From Mesotaenium endlicherianum (Eukaryota): a DNA stretch of 64,000 nucleotides. Positions within the stretch are counted from its first letter, which is position 1; the number at the start of each line of letters is the position of its first letter. Both the position numbers and the translations under genes were made by a program. The stretch spans positions 15,947 to 79,946 of the forward strand of contig WELA01000853.1 of the NCBI GenBank assembly GCA_009602735.1. Reading direction: 5' to 3'. Below, one piece after another: positions 27,012-40,117 of the stretch. The notes beneath the pieces are model-generated. The model was not told where the DNA came from, did not search any database, and saw nothing but the letters and a program-made list of their open reading frames with translations.

Positions 27012-27362
27012 GAGAAAATGCACAATCTACATTATGCCTTAGCTTGTAAAAATATTAGTTTGATAAGTGAATAGATACTCTTAATTGGTGTATCCCTATT
27101 TTGAGATTCGCCCGTAGAATATCTTTTGGCCGCACACTACAAAATGTAATGTTGTAAAGTCGTACGCCATAAAGCTCGTATAAAGTAATTGTCCTATCTA
27201 TAACCAATTCATAACCAGTTTAGTTCGCTGACACTCACGTATCACGCCAAATTGCGACGTATTATTTTGGTAACCACGTATAACACGCATGGTCTATACG
27301 CACAAATATGTAAGACATATCCGTAAATTACAAACTACAACTAGGAATGTATCGAAAGGACA

Positions 27363-27366
<4 letters not shown>

Positions 27367-27416
<50 letters not shown>

Positions 27417-27417
27417 N

Positions 27418-27453
<36 letters not shown>
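27367..27453 (+). repeat. (CT)n microsatellite; further (CT)n at ~29019-29076 and ~29824-29930 flanking an N gap
   Basis: Direct observation. Confidence 0.95.
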
Positions 27454-27457
<4 letters not shown>

Positions 27458-27524
27458 CATGCACGTCCTTGTTGAGTACCTTTAATGTCTAATAGTAGGA
27501 TAAGAGGGTAGAGAGTCGATGTCA

Positions 27525-27882
27525 GGTCTTAGTGATTAGTTGGGTTAGGGTGGTAGGTGAGGAGGGTCTAGATTGTAGGCAGTGGTGGTGAACACTGGGA
27601 CCCATAGTTTGCTCAGGAGGATCTGCTGTTGAGCAGCTGTGAGGCTCCCCCCGGATCACGCGCTCTTTCTCTACCTCCACACGTGGTGTTGCCGCCCACA
27701 CGTGGTCTTAGTGATCAGTCGGGTTAGAGTGGTTGGTGAGGAGGGTCTAGACTGTGGGCAGTGGTGGTAAACACCGGGACCCATAGTCTGCTCAGGAGGA
27801 TCTGCTGTTGAGCAGCTGTGAGACTCCCCCCAGATCACGCGCTCTTTCTCTACCTCCACACGTGGTGTTGCCGCCCACACGT
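27525..27882 (+). repeat. Tandem duplication, two ~179-bp units
   Basis: Units start GGTCTTAGTGAT at 27525 and 27704, and both end GCCGCCCACACGT. Confidence 0.9.
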
Positions 27883-27960
27883 GTGGGGACGACCCTCAGG
27901 TTCGCTCGCCTGAAGGGTCGACGCGAGTACCCAGTAGGATTCCCTACTGTCCATGGCTAG

Positions 27961-28426
27961 TTTAACGATCAACCACGTGGCCGGTTGCGACGCGTGCGAC
28001 AGGTCGCAGATGCGGCCGGAAGTGCCGGTTTGAATTGTATAAGTACAATTGGCGAGCGATCTAAGTACCTCGAGTTACCTTTTTGTTCGTATCAATGGTA
28101 TCGGAGCGCGAACGTATGCAATTGTTTGCAGGAGACGAAGATTCAAATCCCGCGAGGTGCAAAACTTGTCGATGGTACGACCGTACGGCGATCTTTGGAT
28201 TGTACAAAAAAAAAGGACACTATCCCAAAACAATATCCCTCGCGCCGCCGCGGCATAAGTGCCGGGACGTGCACACTTGTAGGTGGGAGGAGTGTAACAA
28301 TCTGCCCCGTGGCCGGTTGCGGCGCATGCGACACGTTGCGGATGCGGCCGGAAGTGTCGGTTTAGATTGTATAAGTACAGTTGGCGCGCAATCTAAGTAC
28401 CTCGAGGAACCTTTTTGTTCGTATCG
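27961..28426 (+). mobile_element. TRIM (terminal-repeat retrotransposon in miniature), 466 bp
   Basis: 134-bp direct repeats 27961-28094 and 28293-28426 (T(T/G)TAAC...GTATC(A/G)). PBS TGGTATCGGAGC at 28096-28107, PPT AGGTGGGAGGAG at 28281-28292, no coding capacity. TSD is not clean. Confidence 0.85.
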
Positions 28427-29016
28427 CTACAGCGAGACCATTACGTACCATAAGCGATCCCGACGGGTGTGCCCCCGTGTTCGCTACAAGATAGGGAAAG
28501 TAAGAGGTGAGGAGAAGTTGGGTTACCTTTTGACTTGAGTCGTACGTGTCTGTGTTCGTCCTTCGTATTGTACCCTTTTGTAATTAGAGTACACTTTCAT
28601 ATGTGTGTTATGACGCGATGATGCATCTTCCGTAGTAGGTAGTGTTTCCTTTCACTTCGTAGGAGCTAAACATAGTTTGTGAAGGCACGCTCCTTAGGCC
28701 GCAAGCTCACACCATTCTGATGATAGATTTGTATGTTCAATTTCATGAGGGTGAAGATATTCTCTACATTCATGGTGACTTAAAGCTCATATTGTTCGAT
28801 TGTGCCTTCTTGTTTTCCTCGCTTCTAGTGTAGGTGCTCGTAATGCCCGTCATGAATGCACAATAAGTCGAGAATATGCCCTCTCTCTCTCGACCATAAC
28901 ATTGCTAATCGCTCTTGCTTTTTCTCGTTCTTGGTGCTACGTTTTGCTCATTAGTTTACCTTCCCACTTCCTTGCCCTTGCACGATGCCTAGCGCCTGCC
29001 GACAGCCTACGTTGCG

Positions 29017-29080
<64 letters not shown>

Positions 29081-29823
29081 GAGCNNNNNNNNNNNNNNNN
29101 NNNNNNNNNNNNNNNNNNNNNNNNNNNNNNNNNNNNNNNNNNNNNNNNNNNNNNNNNNNNNNNNNNNNNNNNNNNNNNNNNNNNNNNNNNNNNNNNNNNN
29201 NNNNNNNNNNNNNNNNNNNNNNNNNNNNNNNNNNNNNNNNNNNNNNNNNNNNNNNNNNNNNNNNNNNNNNNNNNNNNNNNNNNNNNNNNNNNNNNNNNNN
29301 NNNNNNNNNNNNNNNNNNNNNNNNNNNNNNNNNNNNNNNNNNNNNNNNNNNNNNNNNNNNNNNNNNNNNNNNNNNNNNNNNNNNNNNNNNNNNNNNNNNN
29401 NNNNNNNNNNNNNNNNNNNNNNNNNNNNNNNNNNNNNNNNNNNNNNNNNNNNNNNNNNNNNNNNNNNNNNNNNNNNNNNNNNNNNNNNNNNNNNNNNNNN
29501 NNNNNNNNNNNNNNNNNNNNNNNNNNNNNNNNNNNNNNNNNNNNNNNNNNNNNNNNNNNNNNNNNNNNNNNNNNNNNNNNNNNNNNNNNNNNNNNNNNNN
29601 NNNNNNNNNNNNNNNNNNNNNNNNNNNNNNNNNNNNNNNNNNNNNNNNNNNNNNNNNNNNNNNNNNNNNNNNNNNNNNNNNNNNNNNNNNNNNNNNNNNN
29701 NNNNNNNNNNNNNNNNNNNNNNNNNNNNNNNNNNNNNNNNNNNNNNNNNNNNNNNNNNNNNNNNNNNNNNNNNNNNNNNNNNNNNNNNNNNNNNNNNNNN
29801 NNNNNNNNNNNNNNNNNNNNNNN

Positions 29824-29873
<50 letters not shown>

Positions 29874-30271
29874 TCTCTCCCTCTCTCTCTCCCTCTCTCT
29901 CCTCTCTCTCTCTCTCCCTCTCTCTCTCCTCCTATGAGCTTGCTTAGAAAGAGACGATAATTTCATGTTATTAGTAGGTCAGTGGCGCCGATAGGGAGCA
30001 AAGAGAAGGGAACAATGCAAGAAGTTTGGAACTCGTGACCTTTTGGTGCGAGTCATCGCGACTTCATGTGTTACGCATACAAAAAAAGGGATATAATTGC
30101 GTTCATTACGGTTTCAATTCAAAATTGCGTCTTTTGTCTGACTGAACTGCGCTTGGTCAATGAGATAAAGTAACTTAACAAATTATTACTGAATAAAAGA
30201 TTCTTACTTGCAAGTAATCTTTATAGTGTTTTTGGTTAATTCACTTTACATCAAAAGAACAACACGGCTAG

Positions 30272-32321
30272 TGTAATGAATCAGTGTATTGTTAGATATA
30301 TTAATTTAGTGTATGCAATAGTTAATTAATTTGCTGAATTTTATTAGTATTTAATGTAATGACTTTGTCGAGGACAGCAGGCTATAGTCAACTCAGATTA
30401 GCTTGCTGACACATTCTTTGACAGTCAGCTGACCACTCTGATAAAAGAGCATGAGCCATATTCAAGACTAGGTACATGTCAAGGAGAAGGACCTATGTGA
30501 TCAATAGAGTAGTACCTTAGTTTGGAGTCTAGAAAGTTGTAACTGGTAGCAAGAGTTACCCTTACTAGTCAAAGAGCATGAGCCATAGTCAAAGTTGGGT
30601 AAATTGCATGGTAGAAAGACCTATACAATTGATAGAATAGTATATACAATCAAGGTTCTGCCGTTGGCATGGACGCTTAGATGTAATGTTTGCTATAACG
30701 CAATTGTTTGTCTCCAGGGTTCGGATTTGTTTGTATAGGAATCTAACACGCAAAATCGTTAATTGAAAATGTTAACGTTGAGTTGCCTCGACATTACACC
30801 AAATTGTTGATGATATTTAAGATATACAAAAGCATGCAAATTTGTACTCTTTTGATGTGCGGGTTTATATCACTTGGAGTCGAACAGAGAAATTGTGTTT
30901 GCTTAATTTAGTGAATTGAGCGCTGGTAATGCACGAACAAAGTAACACTATATACCATAGCTTGGAGTCTATGGAAGACGTAACCCATAGATTTTTTTGT
31001 AAGCTTAGAACTAATGAGGTTAGAAGGTGTGCCTAGCTGCGCAAAGACTAGGAAGGAAGAAGGGGTTATTGAGTAATAGAGCTCACTTGGAGCGGTTGGC
31101 CAAACTTAGCAACATGGAGGACGGGTATGTGTCATTTGGTCAATTGGAAGGCTGGTTGATTGGAGCGGAGATTATGCTAGACATTGGAAGTCGCTGTGGG
31201 GAGGGAGGTTCTTTGTTTGCATTTCACAAAGAGAGTGGGCTGAGGGTGGTGGTTACAGCTTGTTGATTCAACCAATTGTAATACTTAATTAGACATACAC
31301 TATCATGATTATTTTCAATTTAGTTGTTAACCTAGCCAAGTGTGACAGGCTCAAGTCTATCTAAGTCATCTTATTGATAAATTCTTTGACAGCCAGCTCA
31401 TCGCCTTAAAACGAACTAGCGGATCGCCTAGCGATGCATCTACGATGAACACTTAATTTCCACCTAAATGGATAGTATTTCACTAATGGTATTTCATTGA
31501 ACATTCAAAAAAGTACAAAGCTTATCACCACAAACAATTTCAAGTTAACTCAATGGTCATACGCTGGTAATAGTCTAATAGAGCATCAATCATGCAATCA
31601 ATAAATTCATAATGAAGCATAAGTTTGTGTTACGTCGTCATCCTCAAACTCTAATGTTCCCTCCGTGGTCTCCACAAAAAGCTGTTTTTGTCACAAATGC
31701 CAAAATCAATAGCAATCCTAGCACACGTTCATGGAATGCATTTCAATGTTCAATGGCAACGCGATAGCATCGCCTAAATAGGATTTAACCATGTCGGTAA
31801 CCTTGAGTGACCAAATTCACACCCATCTCCTCACGCTCCGAGTTGCCATCCGTCTAAGGCGTCATTTGGTCATTCATCTAGCATATCACAATAAATGATG
31901 TTATTAGGTAAGTTGCTTGTTTGGTTTAAGGTCGTCAGCTGGCTGTCAAAAATAAGTGAGCAAACTGACTTAAATAGACTTCAACTTCACACATACATTG
32001 GTCAAGGGTGATACAAAGGCGCACAGAAGGGATATAGATTGGGTGAAGATGGCCCCACTTACGCCCTATGTAACAATGAGCAGCGAGAAACTACGAGATA
32101 AAACTCTTTCTTTGTCAATCGATGGCTCGAACCAAATCCTCGCTGTTGCCTCAATATATTGAATTATTGTAAATTATTATAGCAAATTGAAGCTAATCAA
32201 ATGTTACATTAAAATGAATCGACATATCTAAATATAATGACTCGATCGATAGCAGCAGGCTAAAGTCAACTTAAGTCAGCTTGCTGACACATTCTTTGAC
32301 AGCCAGCTGACCACCTTAAGC
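30272..32321. repeat. Cluster of decayed E2-family LTR fragments in both orientations (~30272-30436, ~31278-31450, ~31480-31985, ~32200-32321)
   Basis: Each carries the GCTGACACATTCTTTGACAGCCAGCTGAC motif or its reverse complement, plus other E2-LTR blocks. Confidence 0.75.
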
Positions 32322-32861
32322 TGTAGTGAAACAGATAGATAAAGTACTTAGTAAAACAGAATACTTTATCTATTCAAGACAAGGATCTTTGAACACAAGT
32401 GGTAGCTTCTCGAAAGAGAGATGGCTTCTTGAAAGTTAATATATTTCTGGATTTTGGCAAGTGCAAGAGTGATTCTGGAATGTCTTTCTATGTTCTAGCT
32501 CTTGTTTATATACTTGCTACATAAGTAATTTCTAGGAAAGTGTATGTTGATGTGTTGGCACCCAACACATCCCAAAACTTGCCACCTCTTTCTAGAATAA
32601 TGTACACATGTCCTTTTGACCTAAAAATGGCACATTTGACTTTTGCCACATGGAGTTCTTCTAGGTCTTTCCTCTAACTTCGAAAATGCCTTGGAAGGTT
32701 CAAAGGACATGAACCAAGTTACTAGAGTACCTATTCACACTTGACTCCACACAATACTACTCCAAATATATTTGAAAACATTAAAATATATGCAAACTAA
32801 TATATAATAACTCAAATCACTACATCACCCCCCCGATAGAAAAAGCGACGTCTCGGCGCGT

Positions 32862-32985
32862 CAAGTCAGGTCTTACACATGTGGAGCAAACTAGTCAACA
32901 GTTTCAAGTCAGATGCCACACATGTGAAGAGGACTAGTCAAAGGCGCCAAGTCAGGTGCTACACATGTAAGGTAGACTAGGCAAG
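32862..32985 (+). repeat. Three ~43-bp tandem units in the E1 3' UTR
   Basis: CAAGTCAG.T...ACACATGT....GACTAG.CAA repeated three times. Confidence 0.75.
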
Positions 32986-33593
32986 GTCGTAGGTGGTGTG
33001 ACCTTATTGGCTAGCCTACTCCTTAATGATAAAGAAAATTGTACAAGTTGGCCCAGAATCTGCCACGAACTCAAAAATTCATAGCGGCCACAGAACTGCT
33101 CCAAATCTGAAAATTCGAGTGCCAGACGGACCGCGTCGGAGAACTCTACCGGGTCACCAAATTTGAGAGCATTCTCATTTCTGGAGTGTCGTTGAGAGCT
33201 GAGAGAGTAGGCACTCCTCCAAATCTGTGCAGAAACTTCTGAAAATCATAAGTCCTTCTATACTTCTCCAAATTCTGCAAACTAAGTCTCAAACTGGGCG
33301 CTGTAAGATGTTCTACCAGAGTCTTGAGTTTCAGAGCATTCCAAGTTCAGGGGAGGGCACAATGTCAGAAGGCATATTCTGCCCTAACAATGCCAGCAGC
33401 CTGACCCCCTTCTACTTAGAGCATCATATCTCTCTCACCAGTGCTCCAAATTGAGCAAACTTGGACTCTAAATGACCGGCTACTCATGGACTACAGCCAG
33501 GTAAATTTTCAGAATTTATTATGCAGAGACCTATTACCAGTAGCAGTTTTAGTTTTCTGTCCAGAAACTGCGAGAAGAGAAGAGTGTCTAATG

Positions 33594-36500
33594 TCAATTT
33601 TTCCTCTTTCTTGTTCTTGCAGGCTGCCTCCAAGGGGTCTTCTGCTGCTTCTTGATGGTGGCAGGCTGCCTCCCTGAAGTCTTCGGGCTTCTAGTAGAGA
33701 GACTTGGGGCTGGTCCAAGATGGGGGTTGGCGGCATGGAAGCGCTTCAACTTTCTCTGAACTTTGTCAAGGTAGTGCGCCGCCACCCAACTATTCTCCGA
33801 ATCTGGATATCCTTTCCACTTGATCAAGTATTGCTGCTGTCTCCTGAAATTTCTCATAGCCACTATGTCTTCCACTTCGTACTCCAAATGATCATCCACT
33901 ATTGTTGGGGCTGGTGGGGTTGTCACACGTCCTGGGAACTTGTTGTCGGGTTGCACATATGGCTTGAAGAGGGAAGCGTGGAATACGGGGTCGATGTGCA
34001 TAGTCTGGGGAAGTTCTAGCTTGAAAGCAACGGGGTTGACTTGCTGGATAATCTTGAAGGGTCCCAAATACTTGGGAGAGAACTTGCTGCCGGCAGGCCT
34101 GTTGTTCAGGGAAATGTTCTTGGATGATAGTAACACGTTGTCACCCACTCTGTACGTAATTTCTCTTCTGGATCTGTTCGCCACTCTTGCTTGAGCATCT
34201 TGCGCGTGTTGTAGAGCTTTCTTCGCTGCTGTAAGGGCTGCTTCTAATGTCTCCATAAAATCTGTGGCTGCAGGTACTTCATCATGGCCAGCCGTGAAGC
34301 TCAGTGGCGTGGTCGGATGGAAGCCATAGTTGAGGAAGAATGGGGACTCTTGGGTAGAGGCCTGCGTAGTGTTGTTGTAGGCAAACTCGAGGGGGGTCAA
34401 GTACATGTCCCAGTCTTGCTCGAGGGTAGACACGTAGGCCTTTAGAGAGGTCTTTAGGGTACGATTCATACGCTCGGTTTGCCCATCTGATTGTGGGTGG
34501 TAGGCAGTAGACATATCCAGCGATGTACCCAAGTTCTTGAAGAGATTTTTCCAGAAATGGCTTGTGAATCTTGGATCTCTATCTGACACAATTCTTGATG
34601 GTAGTCCATGGAGTCGGAAGATGTTGTCAAAGATGAGTCTTGCAAGTTGTGGTGCTGTAGCCTTAGTCGTCGTGGGAATAAAATGAGCCATCTTGGTAAG
34701 TCTGTCCACCACCGTGAGTATTGCATTATGGCCTCGAGGTGTCACGGGCAAGTCCACGATAAGGTCCATTGAGATGTCCGTCCATTGTCTTTCGGGGATT
34801 GGTAGTGGTTGGAGGAGTCCTCCCGCCTTTTGCGATGATGGCTTGATTCTTTGGCATGTGTCACAGCTCCTGCAGTACTCCTTGACTTGCTTAGACATGC
34901 CTGGCCAACAATAAGTCCTAGCTAGAACGCCCGTGGTCCTTAGGATTCCAAAGTGTCCTCCAAGAGGGTTGTCGTGTGCTTCTCGTAGAAGCAAGAGCCG
35001 GAGGTCTATGTCATTAGGAACACATCTCTGGCCCGTATCTTGCCTCACCCAATAATTGCCTTCTTGCTTCTTGCATGGGTCCAAGGCTGCTTCTCCGTTC
35101 TTGTAGTAAGGGTCTCTTTCATAGGCGGCTGAAAATCGAGCTTCCAGATCTGTCTTCAGGGATACCATCACTGCATTTAATTGCAGTCTTGAGAGGGGGT
35201 CAGCCGGGTTTGTCTTGCCGGGCTGGTACTGAATCGTGATGTTGTATTGTTGCAAGTATCCGCTCCATCTTGCTTGTCTCCTTGAGAGATACGGCTGCGT
35301 TTGGAGGTGCTTTAACGCCTCGTGGTCCGTGGTGACCAGTACTTTGCGTCCTTCAACGTAGCAGCGCCAAACCTTCAAGGCATGTACAATCGCCAATGCC
35401 TCTCGCTCCGTGGTTGTATAATTTTGCTCGGCTGGATTTAGCTTCCTTGACTCGTAGGCGATGGGCTGCAGTCCCTTGCCTTGGTCTTGAAGCAGGATTG
35501 CTCCTATTGCATAGGAAGATGCATCGGTGATGACGTGGAAGGGCCAATCTGGGTTTGGACTTGGGAGTGTGAGCACCGGGGATGTGGTCAATCTTCGCTT
35601 TAACTCTTGAAATGCCTCTTCCTCTTTCTCGGTCCATGTATATAGCCTGTCCTTCTTGAGTAGATCTGTCAGGGGGGCTGCTATGTGCGAGAAGCCTTGG
35701 ATGAATTTTCTGTACCAATTGGCAAATCCCAAGAATGACTGGAGTTCTTTCTTGGTCGTGGGGGTTGGCCATTCCTCCACCACCGTGGTCTTCTTGGGGT
35801 CCATCTTGATGCCATCAGCAGTCACGTGGAGACCTAGGAACTCCACTTCTTGTTTGGCAAACTCGCACTTTGACTCCTTCGCAAATAGCTTGTTTTGCTT
35901 CAATACTTCAAGGACTTCTTTCAAGTGTCTCGCATGCTCTTCAAGGGTCTTGCTGTAGATAAGGATGTCATCGATGAATACCACCACAAATCTGTCCAAC
36001 ATGGGCTGAAATATGGTGTTCATCATAGTCATGAAAGTTGCTGGCGCGTTGGTGAGTCCAAATGGCAGGACCATGAACTCAAAATGTCCATATCTTGTCC
36101 TGAATGCCGTCTTCTCTATGTCCGGTTCTGCGATGCGAATCTGGTGGTAGCCGCTCCGTAAGTCAATCTTCGTGAAGTACTTGGCTCCAACCAGCCGGTC
36201 CATGAGCTCATCCATGCGCGGCAGCGGGTATCGATTCTTGATGGTGATCTTGTTGAGGGCGCGATAGTCCACACACATCCTCAAGGTACCATCTTTCTTC
36301 TTGACAAATAGCACCGGGGCTCCAAATGGCGACTTGCTAGGTCGAATGAAGCCATGCTCCAGTAGCTCCTTGATTTGCTTCTTGACTTCGTCTAGCTCCG
36401 TGTATGACATTTTGAACGTAGGCCGAGAGATGGGCTTGCTTCCGGGCTCCAACTCTATCTTGTGGTCTACGAATCTTTTGGGGGGTAGGCCCTTGGGCAA

Positions 36501-37202
36501 TTCCGGGGAGAACACTTCTTTGTAGTCCTCTAAGACTTCTTGTATCTCCTTGGGAACGGGGCTGCCTTCTTGACTCTCGATGTCTTTCTTGATGTCTTTT
36601 GGCGTGATCAAGGCCAAAAGAAGCTCGTGTCCCTTCCTCACAAGTCTCTTGAGTTGGAGGGCGGACAATAGTATCTCGTGTGCCGGCTTCTGGATGTCTT
36701 GGGTCTGGATATTCTGGATTGCGCGCAAAATACAGATTCTTGAAGTGATGTCATTCTTGATCTTGATAGTACCGGTCCTCCAATCAACTTGGGGGTTGTG
36801 CTTGGTCAACCAAGGCGTCCCTAGGATGACGTCGTACTTGCCCAATTGCATGGGGGAGAACACTACTCTATCCTTGAAGGACTTGATAGAGAGTGCCAAG
36901 GGGTACGTCTTCTTGGAAGGGGTAGTATAGGAGAATCCATCGGGCATCATAATCTCCTCGTCGTGGTCAAGAGTTCGCATAGTAATACCGTGCTTGGTGG
37001 CAAAATCTGCAGCAATGAAGTTGCCTTGAGCTCCGCTATCCACCAAGATGTGGACCTTCTCTCCTCCAAGGTAACCTCTCAAACTCATTGGGGCTGGAAC
37101 GTCGTCTTCAACGGGGGTCTCCACCTCACTTGGCGTGTTGCCTTCTCGTGAAGTGGGTCTTGGGGTGGTAGGCTCCTGGCCTACCGGCGCTGTCCGTTTT
37201 TT
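33594..37202 (-). CDS. pol: E1 Pol (PR-RT-RNaseH-IN-chromodomain), translated by -1 frameshift from gag
   Basis: [28 protein letters not shown] zinc finger, [26 protein letters not shown]...YLIKWKGY...NSW. Confidence 0.96.
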   Translation of the reverse strand, partial: KKRTAPVGQEPTTPRPTSREGNTPSEVETPVEDDVPAPMSLRGYLGGEKVHILVDSGAQGNFIAADFATKHGITMRTLDHDEEIMMPDGFSYTTPSKKTYPLALSIKSFKDRVVFSPMQLGKYDVILGTPWLTKHNPQVDWRTGTIKIKNDITSRICILRAIQNIQTQDIQKPAHEILLSALQLKRLVRKGHELLLALITPKDIKKDIESQEGSPVPKEIQEVLEDYKEVFSPELPKGLPPKRFVDHKIELEPGSKPISRPTFKMSYTELDEVKKQIKELLEHGFIRPSKSPFGAPVLFVKKKDGTLRMCVDYRALNKITIKNRYPLPRMDELMDRLVGAKYFTKIDLRSGYHQIRIAEPDIEKTAFRTRYGHFEFMVLPFGLTNAPATFMTMMNTIFQPMLDRFVVVFIDDILIYSKTLEEHARHLKEVLEVLKQNKLFAKESKCEFAKQEVEFLGLHVTADGIKMDPKKTTVVEEWPTPTTKKELQSFLGFANWYRKFIQGFSHIAAPLTDLLKKDRLYTWTEKEEEAFQELKRRLTTSPVLTLPSPNPDWPFHVITDASSYAIGAILLQDQGKGLQPIAYESRKLNPAEQNYTTTEREALAIVHALKVWRCYVEGRKVLVTTDHEALKHLQTQPYLSRRQARWSGYLQQYNITIQYQPGKTNPADPLSRLQLNAVMVSLKTDLEARFSAAYERDPYYKNGEAALDPCKKQEGNYWVRQDTGQRCVPNDIDLRLLLLREAHDNPLGGHFGILRTTGVLARTYCWPGMSKQVKEYCRSCDTCQRIKPSSQKAGGLLQPLPIPERQWTDISMDLIVDLPVTPRGHNAILTVVDRLTKMAHFIPTTTKATAPQLARLIFDNIFRLHGLPSRIVSDRDPRFTSHFWKNLFKNLGTSLDMSTAYHPQSDGQTERMNRTLKTSLKAYVSTLEQDWDMYLTPLEFAYNNTTQASTQESPFFLNYGFHPTTPLSFTAGHDEVPAATDFMETLEAALTAAKKALQHAQDAQARVANRSRREITYRVGDNVLLSSKNISLNNRPAGSKFSPKYLGPFKIIQQVNPVAFKLELPQTMHIDPVFHASLFKPYVQPDNKFPGRVTTPPAPTIVDDHLEYEVEDIVAMRNFRRQQQYLIKWKGYPDSENSWVAAHYLDKVQRKLKRFHAANPHLGPAPSLSTRSPKTSGRQPATIKKQQKTPWRQPARTRKRKN
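37167..37202 (-). promoter_or_regulatory. E1 -1 ribosomal frameshift signal
   Basis: Slippery A AAA AAC (37202-37196) in the gag frame, followed 10 nt later by hairpin GGTAGGC-CAGGA-GCCTACC. The -1 frame is the pol ORF. Confidence 0.8.
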
Positions 37203-38461
37203 GACAACTTTTTGGGGCATGAAAGTGCACGATGGCCCTTTTCCTTGCAATAAAAGCATAGTCCAGCCGTCATGAGAGCTTCTTTTTCAGCCGGGGAGAG
37301 TCTTGCTTTCACTCCTTGCTGGTTTCTTGCATCATAAGTGTCATTGGAGGGTCTTCCACTCTTCCGGGCAGCCGCGGGGTCCCTTTTAATAACTCCGATT
37401 TCCATGGGTGTGGGTCCAGATTCGGATGTGGAAGGGGCTGCGTACACCCGCGTCGTCGGTACCCGTGAAGATGAAGGCACGGAGTGCTTGAAATCCAAGG
37501 TATCCACCTTTTGGGCCACTTCAATGATCTTTGAGAAGTCCGTCAAGTCGCGTAACTCCACTTCCTTTGCCACCTTGGGTTTGAGGCCAAAGATGTAGCG
37601 GTCAATCTTCTCCTCGAGAGACATGTTGGGGATCTCAAGAGTGAGGGCGTGAAATCTGGATGTATACTCTTGAACGGACGTCGTTTGCTTGAGATGGTGG
37701 AGCTTTCCTCGGGCAATCTTCTCCGCATTGATGGGCATGAATTGCTTCTTGAGGGCCTCACGAAAATCTGCCCATCTTGCATATGATGGTGGGGGCTCTT
37801 GGCCGAGCATGGGGTGCGCCATAGCTTGATATATAGCCGCTTGATAGTTACGCCACCATGATGTTGCTGCTCCTCTAAGTAAGGTAACGGCAAAGGGAAC
37901 GTAGTCCTCCTCGGGTACTTCAAGGAATGCGAGGTACGTCTCCACTTGGTAGAGCCATAAATTCAGGTTGGCACCTTTCCCGGGGTTGAAAGTGTCGGGT
38001 TTGCCGGGCTTGATGAGTTTCCTTGCTCTCGTTGGCTCTTGTGGAGGCGCTTGAGCCGGGGCTGGATTTTGAGCATTGCTCGCAATAGGGGCAACCATGG
38101 CAGCCATAGCTTCTCTTGACGCTTGCACGGTTGCTTCATAGGTGGCCAAGCCCACTTGGTTGTGGACGGTCATTAGGAAGGCTGCCCACTCATTTGCGGG
38201 AACTCCTTGTGGTGGGGTCAACTTTGCTATAGCGGCTGCCACGGGATTTGACGGTGCTCCTCCTTGTGGTGCTTCTTGTTGTTGGAGATTTCCTTGAGTA
38301 GGCTCTCCCATCGACGCTGGAGGAGGGTGTGCTCCTCCTTGTGGTGCTTCTTGTTGTTGCAGATTTTCTTGAGTGGGCTCTCCCATCGGCGCTGGAGGAG
38401 GGTGTCTTGGAGAGGAAGGGCTTCCTTCGAAAGCTTGCTGTTGGTCTTGAGGATCGGCCAT
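37181..38461 (-). CDS. gag: E1 Gag
   Basis: Retrotransposon gag core ([19 protein letters not shown]) and [14 protein letters not shown] knuckle. A 25-aa N-terminal tandem duplication lies at ~38253-38402. Confidence 0.95.
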   Translation of the reverse strand: MADPQDQQQAFEGSPSSPRHPPPAPMGEPTQENLQQQEAPQGGAHPPPASMGEPTQGNLQQQEAPQGGAPSNPVAAAIAKLTPPQGVPANEWAAFLMTVHNQVGLATYEATVQASREAMAAMVAPIASNAQNPAPAQAPPQEPTRARKLIKPGKPDTFNPGKGANLNLWLYQVETYLAFLEVPEEDYVPFAVTLLRGAATSWWRNYQAAIYQAMAHPMLGQEPPPSYARWADFREALKKQFMPINAEKIARGKLHHLKQTTSVQEYTSRFHALTLEIPNMSLEEKIDRYIFGLKPKVAKEVELRDLTDFSKIIEVAQKVDTLDFKHSVPSSSRVPTTRVYAAPSTSESGPTPMEIGVIKRDPAAARKSGRPSNDTYDARNQQGVKARLSPAEKEALMTAGLCFYCKEKGHRALSCPKKLSKNGQRR

Positions 38462-40117
38462 CTTCTTGTGCTACCAAAGTGCCTAGCTCCGATACCACTG
38501 TAGTGAAACAGATAGATAAAGTACTTAGTAAAACAGAATACTTTATCTATTCAAGACAAGGATCTTTGAACACAAGTGGTAGCTTCTTGAAAGAGAGATG
38601 GCTTCTTGAAAGTTAATATATTTCTGGATTTTGGCAAGTACAAGAGTGATTCTGGAATGTCTTTCTATGTTCTAGCTCTTGTTTATATACTTGCTACATA
38701 AGTAATTTCTAGGAAGGTGTATGTTGATGTGTTGGCACCCAACACATCCCAAAACTTGCCACCTCTTTCTAGAATAATGTACACATGTCCTTTTGACCTA
38801 AAAATGGCACATTTGACTTTTGCCACATGGAGTTCTTCTAGGTCTTTCCTCTAACTTCGAAAATGCCTTGGAAGGTTCAAAGGACATGAACCAAGTTACT
38901 AGAGTACCTATTCACACTTGACTCCACACAAAACTACTCCAAATATATTCGAAAACATTAAAATATATGCAAACTAATATATAATAACTCAAATCACTAC
39001 ATAAGTGGTAGTAGCGAAATGCCAAGCAATGCATTTAAGTGTGATTTAAGGCCAAATAACGCCTTAGGCAAATGATACTTCGGGTTGATGGGAGATGGCT
39101 ATGGGTTTGGTTAGCCGAGGTCCTACAAACATGGTTGACCCCCAACTTACTTATAAGCAACTTAACAATTAATAAAAGATCTTCATATCATCAAGTAATA
39201 TTTATGGTGTTTTCCGATCAACTTATTAATCAGCAAACGAGGGCACAACCAACGTAAGCAATACGCACAAGTCAACGAGCATTAATGAAATGAATCGACT
39301 TACCAAATAGGCGATTAACAATTAATAAAGATCTTTATATCAGCAAGTAATCTTTATGGTATTTCCGTTAACTCGTTAAACGGCAAAGGACAATACACTA
39401 GCAGGGAATACTACTCGTCAGTCAAATGAGAGTAAACTAGCATCAATAATGCAAATCAGTAAACTCATACATAAGCAAGGTTAGAAGACAGTGCGTATCA
39501 ATGGCTTCTCGCCTTGGATTCAGATCTCTCTCAGTAAGCTGTACAAGAGAGTTGGCCTCGTTTCCGAATGCCGAACTCGAGAGCAATGCCTAGCATATGT
39601 ACATGGAATGAGTTTACTGTTCAACGGTCAGTGCGATGGCACCGCCTACCCGGGAGTTAACCACGTTGGTAGGACCTCGGTTAACCAAATCCACCGCCAT
39701 CTCCCATCATCCCGAATAGCCATCCATCATGGGGATGTCATCTGGCCATTCATCTAGCAGGTGGTACTTAGATGCATATCAAGGCAGTTCGCTGCTACCG
39801 AGCACGGAAGTCAGCTGGCTGTCAAAGAATGTGTCAGCAAGCTGACTTAAGTTGACTTCAGCCTGCTGCTTTCGGCTGAGTCATTAAACTGATAATTATG
39901 TAAAGTCCAGCAGACTGACTATTAACTAAAGTTCAGCAGGCTGAACTTAATTAACTATTATATTTAAATGAATATTATATCCACTAATATACTGATTCAT
40001 TACAATCCCTCCAACTTAACTTGTTGTCGCCTCGACAACATTAAACTGCAGAAATTTTAAATAAGGGAACTGAACCTGACCAGCCTCCCTTACTGACTGC
40101 CTCTTCAGCGTGTCACC

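Larger units (their letters stand above)
32322..39001 (-). mobile_element. E1: intact Ty3/gypsy chromovirus LTR retrotransposon
   Basis: 503-bp LTRs 32322-32824 and 38499-39001 (TG..CA, about 5 differences seen). TSD TAAGC/TAAGT, iMet-type PBS 38486-38497, G-rich PPT at ~32825-32834, uninterrupted gag and pol. Confidence 0.97.

Noticed and set aside
27525..27882. Direct repeats considered as a CRISPR-like array (also 32862-32985)
   Set aside because: Head-to-tail units with no unique spacers, in a eukaryotic TE context.
27883..28790. Hairpins near the TRIM and a CTGATGA at ~28717, considered as a hammerhead/retrozyme
   Set aside because: No correctly placed GAAA core or three-stem junction could be formed by eye.
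29019..29939. Apparent duplication (CT)n-CCTATGAGC on both sides of a 739-nt N gap
   Set aside because: Probably the same locus assembled twice across a microsatellite, so a scaffolding artefact.
39491..39757. 88-aa ORF repeated four times (39491, 47565, 53113, 62229)
   Set aside because: Lies within the LTRs, antisense to the element, with a non-ATG start. LTR duplication explains the recurrence.
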